Shown here one piece after another: positions 62,840 to 64,000 of a DNA stretch of 64,000 bases (the stretch's first letter is position 1; every line of letters starts with the position of its first letter). This DNA comes from the human T2T-CHM13v2.0 reference genome, Homo sapiens: NCBI RefSeq assembly GCF_009914755.1, contig NC_060927.1, one strand, 5' to 3'. The position numbers and the translations under genes were made by a program. Below the pieces are notes generated by a model. The model did no database searches and was not told the origin of the DNA. It saw only the letters and a list, made by a program, of their open reading frames with translations.

Positions 62840-64000
62840 CCAGTCAGGTCTAAAGCCATAAGCTGGGGCCAAACAAGGTGTCAGATACCAGACAGAAGGA
62901 AGAGGGCTTCTACATGGGAGGATGGCCCAATATAAGATGTCAAAGACCAAGCAGGGTGAGGTGGTTCTCCATATAGAGGGGCAGCTCAGCATGAGGTGCT
63001 GGAGCCCAAGCAGCATAAGGAAGAGTCTAGATTGTGGGAAAAGGGCAGCCTGGACCACCATGTCAAAAGCTAAGTGGGGTGAAGAAAGTATCAAAGAGTG
63101 GATGTAGACCAGTGCAATGTATCTAAGTAAGAGTGCCATAAGGAGGGGGTCTGCTTGGTGCTAAGGTCTAGTTCAAGTTGTCAAAGCACATGTAGGAGGA
63201 GAAAGGTATCCACGCAGGGCAGGGGTAGCAAGTACTCCTGTGAGGCTTACAAGCCTAGGAGCATCTGCATTAGGGGTTAGGATAATAAGAAAATAAGTAA
63301 ATATGCTGAGATAACAAGCCAGGTTTCTCACCGTCTAATGTACTCTGCTGGACTTGTAATGGGAGGTAGCAGTAGGAACTCATGGTTTTCAATATTGATA
63401 GATATGGAAATTATAGAAAGGAATATGTGCACTATATGTAAATGTACATCATTATATACATACATACATTCTCTAGCTCTGTCCATTGAGAGGCCTAGGA
63501 GCAGCTATATCCCAACTGCAAGGAGCAGCATGTTCAGCACCCAGACCTTGGCTTCTAAATACCATTCTCCACTAAAATGAACTAGGGGGTCCTTGGAGAA
63601 ATGGCTGACTCCAGAACTAAAGCAGAAAAAGGACAAGATAAGCCTAGAACATAATGTGCCAAAAAGCAAAGAAGTACTCAACGACTGACGAGATATGTCC
63701 AAGAACATAAAACCTGCTTGAAAAGGCTTCTGTTAGCCAAATCTTAAACAAACTGAGTATTAAAATAATCACAGTAATAGATTTTAACCCAGCAAATTTT
63801 TAAAAACCCTAATTCCATATTGATAAATAAAGTGTGATAAGGAATAACTTTATAGCAGCAAAGCCTGGAAGGTATCAATTGATCAAAGTGAACCATCATC
63901 TGAATGACGGCAAATAAAACTCAGGTGCTGCCTGTCAGAATGCAATGGCGAGAAAACACAGCATTATTTGTACAATATTCCTGCCAAAGATGCTTAACTT
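62840..64000 (+). mobile_element. L1MC3/L1MD-type 3' UTR including a degenerate ~60-bp tandem array; runs off the window
   Basis: Units gtca(a/g)ag.ccaagcagggtgagg...; later cacccagaccttggcttctaaataccattctccactaaaa...gagaaatggctgactccag. Confidence 0.8.

Overview
Primate (most likely human) genomic DNA, AT-rich and CpG-depleted, lying wholly inside the minus-strand zinc-finger gene ZNF148 (ZBP-89; human chr3q21, recognised from the peptide sequence, no search run). Three coding exons with canonical GT-AG boundaries are present: 46824-46949 (126 nt; SUMO motif and basic tract), 37841-37964 (124 nt; C2H2 finger 1) and 36443-36526 (84 nt; exactly finger 2). The neighbouring exons lie outside the window. 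The rest is intron packed with decayed mobile elements: about 30 Alu/FLAM/FRAM copies, L1 (a 4.2-kb L1PA/PB ORF2 copy, a near full-length ancient L1M, many 3' fragments), L2, MIR, THE1 and MER21 LTRs, Tigger1 and several hAT elements. Nearly all ORFs in the supplied track are repeat-derived or spurious. I see no RNA gene, CRISPR array or novel protein-coding system. The best leads are splicing signals in the long intron after the finger-2 exon: a complete recursive-splice-site/poison-exon layout at 30077-30196 and a candidate in-frame 27-nt microexon at 9243-9269 that would lengthen the finger 2-3 linker. Both are sequence-only hypotheses, and such motifs also arise by chance. Repeat subfamily names were assigned by eye from remembered consensus sequences, and old-element boundaries are approximate.
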